Shown: positions 1 through 12,995 of the stretch, in pieces
How the letters are laid out: every line of letters starts with the position of its first letter
Position numbering within the stretch: the stretch's first letter is position 1
From: Octopus sinensis
Lineage: Eukaryota
Assembly (NCBI RefSeq): GCF_006345805.1
Contig: NC_043002.1
Span: 63,054,001 to 63,118,000, forward strand
Reading direction: 5' to 3'
DNA: 64,000 nucleotides
Position numbers and translations under genes: made by a program
Notes under the pieces: generated by a model
Seen by the model: only the letters and a program-made list of their open reading frames with translations
Told to the model about the DNA's origin: nothing
The model's database searches: none

Positions 1-443
1 TCTCTTTCTCCCTTTATATTTTTCATTACCATACACTCAGCTACTCTAAGTTTCTTACGTTTAATTATATTCATATTTTCTTTTCTCGATTTTTCTAAAC
101 GTATTTATTCTCTTTCTTTCCCTTTCCTTTAATTCTTTAATTTTTTTTTTTATTTCTATCATACTTATATTTTCGATATTTTCAATATGCATTCATTTTA
201 TTTGTTTCCTTCGAAGGTATAGTGCTTTCCTCATATATTTCCTTTCATCTTCCATTTATTCACCAATTCATCCTTTCTGTCTTCTTTAAATCTCTCATTA
301 CTTCTCTCACTTCATTTCTTTCTATCTCTCCTTCCATGTACTTTTCGGATACTTCTACAATAGATACATTCGTATAATTTATATCTATGCAAAATATCTA
401 TGTCATTCCTCTGCATTATATTTTAATATTGGCATACTCTGAA

Positions 444-850
444 GGCGGCGAGCTGGCAAAAACGTTAGCACGCCGGGCGAGATGCTTAGCGGCATTCCGT
501 CTGCCGTTACGTTCTCAGTTCAAATTCCGCCGAGGTCGACTTTGCTTTTCATCCTTTCTGGGTCGATCAAAGAAGTACCAGTTACGCACTGGGGGCGATA
601 TAATCGACTTAATCCGTTTGTCTGTCCTTGTTTGTCCTTTCTGTGTTTGGTCCCTTGTGGGTAGTAAAGAACTAGGTATTTCGTCTGCCGTTACGTTCTG
701 AGTTCAAATTCCACCGAGGTCAAATTTGCCTTTCATCCTTTCGGAGTCGATAAAATAAGTACTTGTTGCGTACTGGGTTCGATCTAATTGACTATCCCCT
801 CCCCGAAAATTTCGGGCCTTGTGTTTAAGTAGAAAAGAATATTGACATAT
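444..850 (+). mobile_element. tRNA-derived SINE, family A (dimeric form)
   Basis: Head GGCGGCGAGCTGGCA..., B-box-like GTTCAAATTCC, body GTCGACTTTGC(C)TTTCATCCTTTC..GGTCGAT; a headless second monomer follows from ~675. The same sequence recurs more than 12 times in the window. Confidence 0.85.
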
Positions 851-1141
851 TCTGTCTTCATATGTAGCCTTAAACATACCTACTCCACCCCCTCTATTCA
901 GATTTTTCTTCGCATTCATAACCAGTCAAGTTGCTAGCCGTAAGCTACAATTATTTTTTAAAGTTTATCGAACCCCGATTCTGGAAAAACCTATTAACCT
1001 CACCAATCAATTGGACACATGCTTTATAATACCTGCCACTGACTGTTCGAATCTTACTAACTTCCAACATTTACATCCACTTTGAAGAATTTTAATCGGA
1101 AAAAATCAATTAAAATCGAATAATTCCATCTAAGTTTGGAA

Positions 1142-1440
1142 CTTATTCTATCAGTCTGTTTGGTCGAACCGCTATATTACGAGAGCCTTAACATGTCATC
1201 ACCAATTGTCACGTGGGAGAAACACAGGGGCTGTCAAAACAAGATAGATAGGCAAGCACACAATTGATATAGATGCACTTCTTTTCAATTTCCGTCTACC
1301 AAATCCACCCACAAGGATTTGGTTAGCCCAAGGCTATAGCAGATGAAACTTGCACAAGATGCCACACCGTGGGACTGAATCCGGAATCATATGGTTATGA
1401 AAGGGAGCTTCTTAACACGCAGCCACACCTGCGCCTTTCT
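1142..1440 (-). mobile_element. SINE family B (CORE-like), decayed
   Basis: Reverse complement of the family seen at 18011-18440 (TTTCCGTCTACCAAATCCAC.CACAAGG, GTGGGACTGAA.CCGGAA). Confidence 0.7.
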
Positions 1441-1525
1441 ATATATATATAGACGTAATGTATATATATATATATATACACATATATGTATACATGTATA
1501 TGTTTTTATGAATCTTACCTGCTCA

Positions 1526-1574
<49 letters not shown>

Positions 1575-1588
1575 TATATGTGTGTGTG

Positions 1589-1631
<43 letters not shown>

Positions 1632-2325
1632 ATATGTATATATATATATATGTATGTATGTATGATATATGTATAAATGTATATGTATATTTAGATTTAT
1701 ACACACGAGTAAGTTTGTATGTTTGTATCTATGTATAGATGGGTGTGTATATGTGTGTGGATATGTGTGTGTATATATGCGTGTATGTATGCGTGTGTGT
1801 GTGTGTGTGTGTGTGTGTTTCTGCATACATTTGTTCGAACCTGTACGAGTTCTCTACAATTTATTCTGCTCGACCACGTATCTTTAGCATTTCAACGTAT
1901 TATGCTTTATAATCATGCATACGGAAATTTGATTCAATTTTATATGTATTTCAATTTCAAATTTTAATTTACTTTACTCTTAAACTAATCTCATTAGCAT
2001 ATGTATCCATTCCCATTTCCACTAACCAAATTTATTTCAGTATCTTAATTACTTACTTCGCTTAATGAGAGTGAGATTCTTATCACAATTTGAAAGTCTG
2101 TATTTCTAGAGCTCATGCAGTCTCGCTTCTACTCGCTGCGTATCTTCCATTTCTTCTCTATTCCTGTCTCTTTCTGTCTTACTATTAGTAGACGCAGTCA
2201 TACAATTATACGTACGTATACATACATGTATATTTATATGCTCACTCACAGAATGGAATACATATGTATATATATATGTATATACAAGTAAAAACTTACT
2301 GCGGACTATTTATATATGTGTATAT

Positions 2326-2413
<88 letters not shown>

Positions 2414-2530
2414 ATATACATACATACATATATATATAGATCAATAGATATATACAAACATATAAACATGCATACATGCACATGCATATATGTAGTGATA
2501 TGTGCGTGTATATGTATATGTGTATATATA

Positions 2531-2572
<42 letters not shown>

Positions 2573-3559
2573 ATATGTATGCATGTGCTCATATATTGTT
2601 ATATGTATATATATATTTATGTATATATATGTATGTATGTATGTATATATATATATATATATATACTGCTATATGTATAATACATGTATATAAGATATAA
2701 ATAGCGAAACTCATTCCAATGTAGTAATTTCTCAAGGAAGACGAAAAGAGTACTCGGTACAAGTAGAAATGAATATTATTTAGCCAAACTTTTTCTGTCT
2801 TTTCCTGTACAATTTGAAACATTGTACAAGAACTTTCTAATTTGTAAATAACAGTGACGTGTAACTTGAGAATTAGAATATTCAGATTAAATAAAATATT
2901 CGTACCTTGACTGTTTTATTTTATTTTTTAATATGTAGGATTCCTTCTCAAAAGAGGAGATAGTTTGTGACATAGAAACCCATGTTTTATCGCTGGAATT
3001 TTTATAGCAAATCATTGAGCTTTTGAAATGACTTGCATGCTATTAATTTCGCACTTACAGATTCTGTCACTAAATATTAGCTTCCACAGATTATTACTTC
3101 TTCATGAATTAATATTACCAAGTGCTTCAATGAGTATTGGAATGGTATGTATGTCATTGTCCAGCTTTATTTCATGATTCCTTGCCAGTAGAGAAGAACC
3201 GGTTTCTTACCTAGATTCAACGCTCATTCGCTGGAATCTCAACAACAACAGAAGGGTATTTTTGTTTGTATGCATGTATGCACTATGTATATACGTATGT
3301 ATGTATTTATGTATATATACAGATTTGTATGTTTTATGTATGTGTGCTCATGCATATAGTTGCATATCTAGACATGCTCATGTATATTTAAATGCTAAAC
3401 TACTGGAAAACTTTACAACGTTTTACAGCTCCAGTGGTGTATTGGATCTGTAGTATTCGAATTAGAACATTCTTTTGTGGTTTCGAGAAGGTTAATTTCT
3501 CAAGATTGTTATTTAGACAGTTTGAGCGTATGTACGTATGCTTGTATGTATATATATAT

Positions 3560-3652
<93 letters not shown>

Positions 3653-4113
3653 CATACATACAATGATAAAAGGAAAATGGAGAGTTTAAACTGACATACG
3701 CAAATTAATTAACATAATATAATATAATTATAATTATAATATATATATGATCCCTACAATTGTTTCAACACAAACCTAAAAACCAAAACTTTATATCATT
3801 TACAAATGTCTCTGTTATACAGTTAACCATTGAAAATGGGATGTTTTACATCCCTATTAGAGGAGCTTATTTCCTTGTATTGGATATATATATAGAGTGT
3901 ACAGTTCAGTGATGGAAAGATCAACAAAAAGAGCTCCATCTTGTGAAAAAAGTATAGAATCTATTTTCAGAGGCTACCAATAATTTCATGTCAATAAAAC
4001 GTCTGAGACAATATTTGTTAACATGCCTGGTTCCTTCACACAATTCTAAGGCAGCATACGAAGAAATAATAATAATAATAATACTATTATATATGTGTGT
4101 GTGTGTATGTGTG

Positions 4114-5015
4114 CAGAGACAGCTATCTACTATAAACCGACAGACTCCAAACAATACCTACCCTTTGATTCATGCCACCCACGACACACTAGAATAAATG
4201 TCCCTTTTTGTTTAGCTAGAAGGATCTGCACCATAATATCAGACACAAACACCCGACACACACGTCTCCAGGAACTTAGAACCACACTCAAAAATAGAAA
4301 CTATCCACAGCCCCTAATATACAGTGCAATACAAAGTGCACTCAAATTAAGTATAGAAGACCTGAGACAAACAAAACCAAAAAAGAAAGAACAATTAAAA
4401 ACCCTTCCCTACGTCTCTACACACAACCCACTCAAAAATGAGGCCTTCAGCACCATACTACAAAGCACAGCACTACTAAAGGGAGACCCAAAGATGAACC
4501 GGATCCTCGAAACACACACCATCATTAAAAGTAAACGGCAACCAAAATCATTGAAAAGGATTTTAACCCAAGCTAAACTGCACTCAACATCAACCACAAA
4601 ACCAGCAGTTAGAAAATGTGGAAGGCCCAACTGCGGAATCAGTGTCATCTTGATAGAAGTTTCAGAATTTATACTAGAACAAGGCCATCAGTTCACCATT
4701 AGAGCAAACTTCACCTGCGCATCAGAAAACTTAATTTACGTCATAACATGCGCAGGCTGCAATAGGCAGTATATAGGCCATACAAAAAATAGCTTACGTA
4801 ACAGGATGGCGGTGCATAAATCACAAATTAGAAACCCTGAATATCGGAAAATACCGGTCAGCGGACACATAGATAGATGTGCTGGAAATGTAAATCCGAA
4901 ATTTACAACTTACCCGCTTTATAAATTCAGTGACAGCGTAACCTTCACACAACGCCAAAATAAAGAACTGTATTTCATCAAAAAATTTAGACCAAGTTTG
5001 AACACCCTGGGCTAG
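4114..5015 (+). pseudogene. Penelope-like RT C-terminus + GIY-YIG endonuclease (truncated ORF)
   Basis: YYKPTDSKQYLPFDSCHP (PLE RT thumb), Cys-rich linker KCGRPNC, NFTCASENLIYVITCAGCNRQYIGHTKNSLRNRMAVH (GIY-YIG). The ORF start in the track is translated (TG)n. Confidence 0.9.
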
Positions 5016-5240
5016 GAATATTAAAACAAAAGATTGGTCCTCCGAAAAGGAGAAGCGAAATTCCACCACGGCCGCTGCCTTAAACAGTCACTCACACTGA
5101 CAGAAATATGTCTTAGGGAAAGGGGAAAATTCATAAAAAGATCTCTACGAGCAGATCTAATCCTGATTCGTCAAGAAACTGATGACGTATTACCTCAGTG
5201 GGCAATCTATTGTCACCCTGCTTGGTCGGTTTCCACATAC

Positions 5241-5491
5241 GATACAGCTAAGGGTCAGACCCGATTCTGATTGGTCTAAACAATGATGACGTCTCGTTCT
5301 GCTGGACTAGCCACCTAACGGGATGATTGGTCAAAACAGTGATGACGTCACGTTCCGCTGGACTAGCCACCTAACAGGATACAGACATGGGTCAGAGCTA
5401 ATACAGCTATAGGTCAGACCCGATTCTGATTGGTCGAAACTTTGATGACGTCCCGTTCCGCTGGATTAGCCACCTAACAGGTGATATAAAA
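5241..5491 (+). promoter_or_regulatory. Triplicated CCAAT(reverse)+CRE-like module and TATA box in PLE pseudo-LTR
   Basis: TGATTGGTC at 5268, 5324, 5427, each followed by TGATGACGTC. Perfect CRE TGACGTCA at 5343-5350; TATAAAA at 5485-5491. Confidence 0.6.
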
Positions 5492-5766
5492 CCCAAACAT
5501 TTCACAAGATTCACCAGAACTATTCGAACAGACACCAACCAACAGTCATCACAGTTGCTCCCATTGGAACACAAAGTAAAACCTAAAATGAATTCCTCGC
5601 TTTTTCAAGAACATGAATTTTTTATATTGAATGCATATCACCACTATGAACTACTACTTCATACTCTTTAAACATATAGCATGGACTCGCTCCACTATAT
5701 ATGAATTTTTTATTATATATGATTTTTTTATATTTGGTAGCATGAACTATCTTTTTTATATATAAA

Positions 5767-5810
5767 TTTTTTTTGATAAGGTTCGTCATTTTAAGAACCG
5801 AAACATGTTG
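5767..5810 (+). ncRNA. Decayed type I hammerhead ribozyme
   Basis: TTGATAA (vs CTGATGA) - GGTTC/GAACC stem II - GAAA - palindrome ACATGT - triplet GTT, then AATAAA. Two core substitutions. Confidence 0.6.
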
Positions 5811-5967
5811 AATAAATAATGTATATATAAAAATCAAAAAATTGTCTAATATAGCAGCATTTTCAAACTTCATTTTTTACAAATACATATATATATATAT
5901 CTATTATATATATATATATATATATTATATATTATATATATATATATATAGATATATATATATATAG

Positions 5968-6029
<62 letters not shown>

Positions 6030-6033
6030 ATAT

Positions 6034-6064
<31 letters not shown>

Positions 6065-6801
6065 GCTTATATATACATATATATACACACATCAACAAGC
6101 ATTAGGTCCGATGCCTACGCACGCATGTAACATAGACACAAATGCACACACACACACACATCCATTCAAAGAACACGCACATAATATATATTTTGTATTT
6201 CTCAGAAATACGCCAAAACTGCTTAGCCCTGAAGTGATGTTTCTTTCACAATACCATCATTCTAAATTAAATTCTACATTAGATTCAGTAACAAGGAGTT
6301 TAAAAATATCCTATCAAAATTTTCAAACACAATATAATATAATAAAACTTGAAAGAACAGTTTCAACTAGATTAATATATGTCTCATAAGCCACGCTTCA
6401 ACATCCGTCAACCATAAATATACATATGTAAATATATACAAACTATCATACATAGAAGTTTGATGTAAAATAACAAACAGAGCACGCATCAGAACATTTC
6501 ATGGCATGTGAAAGACCCAACTCTGTTATATAATAGCAAATAGTTTCATTATATAGTGACAGACAATAGTTGTATTCGGTAGACCTCATCCTTTACAAAT
6601 AATAGAATTACTATATATAGAATGCACTAAGACAGCGACCACAACTTGCTAAATAAAAATTTTGTAACAAAATAAAGTAAAATGAAAAGCAAAATTTTTA
6701 AAAACAAAACAAAATATGTTTACTACAAAGATTCGTATTCTAAAGATTTAGGTGGTTAACCCACAATAATCTAAATGGATAAATCATATGAGAAAAGAAA
6801 G

Positions 6802-6913
<112 letters not shown>

Positions 6914-7593
6914 AAGAAATAGAATTAGATAAATAAACAAATAAATATATTAAAGAATTATAGAGAGGAATGAATAGCGAAAGTGAAAGTGATAGGAAGC
7001 TTGTTTTGTTAAGGACAATGGTATTTGTTTTAGTACAGGTATTTAGGTGCATAGCAGAGTGGCCTAAACTATTGGAATTTCACGCTCGGTTGATATAGAA
7101 GGAGGGATAATCCATCGTATGACCATTCAGAACGGCACCATCACCCCTTACCCCACACAAACACACTTACACACACACTTGCACAGTTCATATGAATTTT
7201 CTCAGGTACATTCGTTTAAATATATTCATATACCGACACTCCCAGAATATTCGTACCAAAATAGTAATTTCTTAAAAGTCGAAATCCACCATTTGTCGAG
7301 GTGATCAAATCAGTTTATATTATTAGATGTGTATACATACACAGAGACATATTCACACACAAGCATACACAGACAATATTCATACATATACATACATCGC
7401 TGGAATATAGATCTGTTACATGACTTCACATCCCTTACCTTATCAGTCTCTATACATACTTTTCCCCGTTGCTATTCCTCACTTTCTAGAACGAGGGTAA
7501 GTGTTTACGCTAGTGCAAAGCACGTTTTTCGCAAACGTCACTCACCAAGTATGGGACTTACAATGAGGTCCTTGTGATTCCATCACATACTAT

Positions 7594-7594
<1 letters not shown>

Positions 7595-7676
<82 letters not shown>

Positions 7677-7680
7677 CTTC
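7595..7680. repeat. (TTTC)n microsatellite
   Basis: Direct reading. Confidence 0.95.
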
Positions 7681-7697
7681 CTCTCTCTTTCTGTATG

Positions 7698-7730
<33 letters not shown>

Positions 7731-7894
7731 ATGTGTCTGATGTGAGTGTGTGTGTGTCTGTGTGCGTACGTGTATGTGTGTGTGTGTTGGTATATGAGTG
7801 TGATGGACCCTGCCAATGAAAATGACGTATGGGTGTTCGCCATTTTGCGGAACGACATGCACAAATCATATATTTCCAGTGATCAAGTGTATGT

Positions 7895-8073
7895 GCTCTA
7901 CATTAGGTCACTCCCTCCATCAAATCAACATTGCCTGAACAGGTGCACAGTGTACCACGAGTTATATGAGATGAAATGTTTTGCTCAAGAAAACAATGTA
8001 CCATCCGGTCTGAGATTTGAAACCACTATCTCGCGATCGCAAGTGCAACATTCTAACCACTGGGTCATGCCTT
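7895..8073 (-). mobile_element. SINE family C (tRNA head + CORE-like), partial
   Basis: TGAAATGTTTTGCTCAAGAA.ACAA...GAAACCAC...CTAACCACT matches 62748-62992. Confidence 0.7.
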
Positions 8074-8639
8074 AGCGAAGTAATGAACGACAGGAGCAGA
8101 AGAACGTTTAAAGCGCTTGAAGCAGTTTCAAGGTCTGCGCTGGGTATATATCTCCCATGTCTTTAATAATAGAAAACACTACCGTAATATCCTTTAGCAT
8201 ACTTCCCATTCTCTTTTAACGTTCAGGTTTTGTGTACGTAGAAATTCCTTTAGATGTATTTACAGGCTTCGCCCTAGATACTTACCTTCAGAAAATTAAT
8301 AAATAGATACAGCTTCAATGCTTCATATCGTTTAGCCATAAATTTTAGTTAGTGGGCTTGAAGCAAACAGTATATGCCCACCACAACAGACAATTCAATA
8401 GAAATGCCATTGTGTACGAAGTGGAAATCGTATCGAAGGACCGAGTGTGATAACGCGAAAAGAGGGATATGTCAGAGAAATATTGAAGACCAGACATAAG
8501 AAACACGTATTTCTTTTTGTGATCCAAATTTAAGTTACAATCACAAGTTCAAACAAGTCACATATGATTGTTGAATGATTGTTTTGTGTCATATAAAAGA
8601 AAAAGTGAAATTTCTTAAAAAGTTGTGGAGCGTTTCTCA

Positions 8640-9375
8640 ACAGTAACACAATGTGTCCTCGTGAAATCTACAAATGATGTTTTCAACCCATGTCCTCATG
8701 AACAGAATTGTATTTAGGGCACTCAGTCGTGCCAAACCTAGTAATAATATCTGCCGTTTGCCTGTTTTGGGTTTCTCATCTTTATATTCTTTATATTATA
8801 ATATATTCATCTTTATATGATTCCACTTTTTCACTTAGACTTATGGCCTGTAAAATATTCCTCAATTTTACATTATCACTCTCACACACCCACTATCGTC
8901 TGTGTACCTTTATCCACGTCTCTCGATCTACCGTTCTTTTCTTTCTCCAACTCGGTCTCCTTTTGTCATATAAATTTTCCCTACAAGACTCATCCACTCC
9001 GTAAACTGGTTACCTCCATACTTCTCCTCTATTACACTCTGTCCTTTCATCGTCACACTTCTCTTCTCACAAATCAATTCACTGAAGACAGTTTACAGAA
9101 AACAAGTAATCACTTTTACAGAGAACAATTCGACTTCACACATCACTCTAAGAAGGACAACGCTGGAAGGAATGCACCCAGCCTTGGTCATTTTCAGTTA
9201 CATTTTCGTTTGTATTTATTCTGTAACAAAAGAACCCAATATAAGCGTTTCCGATCAACTTGGTGTAATGAATATTTATTCACTATTTTCTTGAAGCGGA
9301 GATTAAATATTTATGAAAGTATGTGATAAATTTGAAACGTAGACTTCGTTTAATAAATAATTCACTATAGAAACT
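8640..9375 (+). mobile_element. Possible decayed PLE 3' end
   Basis: TTGAAGC...GAAACGTAG (9291-9342), AATAAA at 9352, then a TA/CA tract: same layout as the other PLE termini but heavily decayed. Confidence 0.3.
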
Positions 9376-9453
9376 ATACATATACATAAATATACATGTA
9401 CACAGACTCACACACACATGTGTGTATATCAATGTATATATACACACACACTC

Positions 9454-9488
<35 letters not shown>

Positions 9489-9497
9489 CACACACTC

Positions 9498-9535
<38 letters not shown>

Positions 9536-9568
9536 GTATGTATATATATATGTATATATACACACACA

Positions 9569-9631
<63 letters not shown>

Positions 9632-9637
9632 GTATGT

Positions 9638-9668
<31 letters not shown>

Positions 9669-9700
9669 TATATTATATATATATATATATTATATATATA

Positions 9701-9748
<48 letters not shown>

Positions 9749-10120
9749 CAATATAAGGGTAGCAAAAATTCAAGAAAAATTTTCCGCCAACAGCGGTCTA
9801 GTGAGGAAGAAAAGTAGTCACAGACTATATAATATACATTCAACAATATTAAGGAATGGCCCTGATAGGCCATTCAACTCACTAGAAAGAGCAGCCAAAC
9901 TCAAACCGCTAAATAGTTGTAATTCTGAAACTAAAGGAGAAATAAAAACATTTATCCTTTTCATCTTTGGACTATGCATAGTTTCGACACACTTAGGTTG
10001 AAATTGTATCAGCATTTAATTTAATTGAATTGGTTTACCTAAGTGTGTCGACACTATGCATAGTCCAAAGATGAAAAGGATAAATGTTTTTATTTCTCAT
10101 TTAGTTTCAGAATTACAACT
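9749..10120 (-). mobile_element. Fold-back non-autonomous element containing the 3' half of a hammerhead, flanked by (TA)n
   Basis: Inverted arms 9915-9998 and 10037-10120 (82/84 match), 38-bp spacer. Minus strand reads CCTAAGTGTGTC-GAAAC-TATGCATA-GTC-CAAAG. Confidence 0.75.
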
Positions 10121-10137
10121 TATATGTATATATATGT

Positions 10138-10179
<42 letters not shown>

Positions 10180-11749
10180 TATATTATATATATATATATA
10201 TATGTATGTATATATATATATATGTATGTATATACATATATACATATATGCAAATACACGCATATTACCACAGTGTGAGGAGGAAGATTCAGAGAAACAA
10301 ATTCAGTGAAAATACTTTTAGTAGAACTGTCCAAGTGAAGACCACAAGATTCATCTACGTATACAGGCTTCAAAATTGTTTTTTTAAAAAAAGAAATTAA
10401 ATTTCATATAGAATTGTATTTCAACAAAACAAAGCATATGATTCCTGAAACTTTTGATGGTATGAAGAAAATTAAAATTGTTGTGAGTGGCTAAGCTTGC
10501 AAAGTAGTAGGGACCCGGAGATAATCCACACGTAAATATTTGGATTTCGTGATCTGAAGAGTTAACTTCCGTTATTAATTTCATCTGTGGTTTGATTCGT
10601 TAGTAATGCTTCTTCACGACATATAATCGCATAATGAATGTGTTTGTATGTATTCTATTCTTTATATATAAGACGTTTTGCTAAACTCGATACAGTCTCT
10701 TCTAACAGAGAAATTTTGTGGTCTTGGAAAACGCAATTGTGAAACTTATAATTATTTCGTTCGGCGATTTACCGAGACGAATGCAAGTCTTCCACGTCTG
10801 TTGTCCCGATCTAGTGATGTGGCATAAGCGTTTGGACTGGACTTTAACCACACAGGCCTTTCGCCATGTCTGCACGATATGTCTCTCGATGACAGCAGTA
10901 GTTCGCTAAGTGAACTTCTGGATCTTGGCCGTTGAAGTTTCCCTACCCAAAATTTAGAGATATTCACCATTGATTCAATCAATTCATTTGTCAGAATACT
11001 TCATATTCACAATACTGCATTCCATGATTTAACACATCCTGACTCAGGTGGTCACATGCTGTTTAACTCATAGATAGGACCCCGATAGGTGCTACAAGCC
11101 CACACCTCTGTAAAGCTGGTAACAATAGCTGTTCAAGATTTGGATCTACATTCCTCAAAATCCTTCAATTCCCGAATTGGGGTCCTATTACCGGATGCAG
11201 TTTAACGTAATACTAACGAAATGGAATGATGGAATGATGGAATGAATAGTGGCATATATTCCAGAGTATTGCGTGAACTGTATAGAATATATCAGTCCAA
11301 CTGGAGTATTTCACATGATGCTCGGATAGCTATCCAATGGTGAGGTGCTGTTCTCAAGTAAGAGAATATTGGAAGAGTTCTTTTGCGAAAATTAATCCAA
11401 ATTGTTCTTGTATGTTAAATGAAAAAATAAAGATGTTTAGATTTTATTCGATGTTTTGCGAATAATCTGATATATTAATTAAGTTTGTGACTGCTTCAAT
11501 ATGTCTTCGTCGGAAATTGAGTTATTTACTCATTTCATTTAAACAAAGTAGACAGTCTGAAAAGCAATTGAAAATATATTTCAAGAGTAAAAAAGTAATT
11601 CTACTTATTAGAAAATTACAGTTAATGATCTTTAAAAACATGAGTCGGCATTCAATTTCTATGTATTTGCGTAATTTTCTATAATGTCTTCTACGAATAT
11701 ATTTTTCGATCGAAGTGTGCTTCGGTATGTTTGATGCTGGCAATTAATA

Positions 11750-12150
11750 CGGTGAGCTGGCAGAAACGATAGCACGTCGGTCGAAATGCTTACCAGTATT
11801 TCGTCTGCCGTTACGTTCTGAGTTCAAATTCCGCAGAGGTCGACTTTGCCTTTCCTCCTTTCGGGGTCGATTAAATAAGTACCAGTTACGCACTGGGGTC
11901 GATATAATCGACTTATTCCGTTTCTCTGCTCTTGATCGTCCTCTCTGAGCTTAGCTCCTTGTGGGTAGTGAAGAAACAGGTATTTCGTCTGTCTTAATGT
12001 TCTGAGTTCAATCTCCGCCGAGGTCGACTTTGCCTTTCATCCTTTCGGGGTCGATAAATTAAGCACTAGTTGCGTACTTGAGACGATCTAATCGACTGGC
12101 TCCCATCTCCCCAAAATTTCAGGTCTCGTGCCTTGAGTATAAAATATTAT
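11750..12150 (+). mobile_element. SINE family A (dimeric)
   Basis: Same head/body/second-monomer layout as 444-850. Confidence 0.85.
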
Positions 12151-12156
12151 TTTAAT

Positions 12157-12360
12157 GTGGTGAGCTGGCAGAAATGTTAGCACGCCAGGCAAAATGCTTA
12201 CCGTTATTTCGTCTGTCTTCACGTTCTGAGTTCAAATTCCACGAGGTCGACTTTCACTTTCATCCTTCCGAGGTCGATAAATTAAGCACCAGTTGCATAC
12301 TGGGATGAATATAATCGATTGGCCTCCAAATTTTGGGATTTGTACCTAGAGTAGAAAATA
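12157..12360 (+). mobile_element. SINE family A (monomer)
   Basis: GGTGAGCTGGCAGAAATGTTAGC...GTTCTGAGTTCAAATTCC. Confidence 0.85.
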
Positions 12361-12397
12361 ATTAATACGCTTACGATCAATATATATATATTTCTAT

Positions 12398-12621
12398 ATT
12401 ACCCACAGGGGTCTAAACATAGAGGAGACAAACAAGGACAGTCAAACGGATTAAGTCGATTACATCGAACATAGTGCGTAAGTGGTACTTATTTAATAGT
12501 CCTCGAAGTATGAAAGGCGAATTCGATCTCGGCGGAGTTTGAACTCAGAGCGTAACGGCAGACGAAATACCGCTAATTATTTTGCCTGACGTGTTAATCT
12601 TTCTGCCAGCTCGCCGCCCTT
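12398..12621 (-). mobile_element. SINE family A (monomer, inverted)
   Basis: Ends TTCTGCCAGCTCGCCGCC, the reverse complement of the family head. Confidence 0.85.
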
Positions 12622-12764
12622 CGAACACTATAAATTGTGATCTGTTAGTGTTCTATGGTTATACTTACGCAAGCGTATATCTTTAGAAAATCAATCTGTA
12701 TTCTGAATTGCCAATTCTGTTATGACGACGTGGATTTCCCTTGATCCGAACAAGGAAAATTAAC

Positions 12765-12995
12765 ATGTAGGAGGCTAAGCACTCCACAAACAAGCGTACC
12801 CTTGAGGGGGATCCAGCGTCACATGATATGTGACAAGGCTGGCCCCATCCACTTTCAGCTACAATTCGTCCTTATCTCCTGAATGAAATGGAGGAACATG
12901 AAAATGCGTAACTTATTCAAGGTCACAACTCGCCGCTAGGAATTGAATTCACGATCTGATGGTAGCGTGTGGAATGCACTAACCACTAAGCCAGG
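12765..12995 (-). mobile_element. SINE family C variant, decayed
   Basis: Similar to 59405-59728 and to the reverse complement of 44780-44992; ends CTAACCACTAAGCC. Confidence 0.55.

Larger units (their letters stand above)
4114..5887 (+). mobile_element. 5'-truncated Penelope-like element (probably Neptune group) with 3' pseudo-LTR
   Basis: Encodes RT thumb and GIY-YIG endonuclease, followed by promoter-like repeats, a decayed hammerhead, AATAAA (5811-5816) and a (TA)n tract from ~5888. Confidence 0.9.

Noticed and set aside
444-540. tRNA-like A/B boxes in SINE heads
   Set aside because: Part of multi-copy SINE bodies; no complete cloverleaf, so not tRNA genes.
5268-5480. Direct repeats resembling a CRISPR array
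   Set aside because: Eukaryotic context, irregular spacing and non-unique spacers; these are promoter-module duplications.
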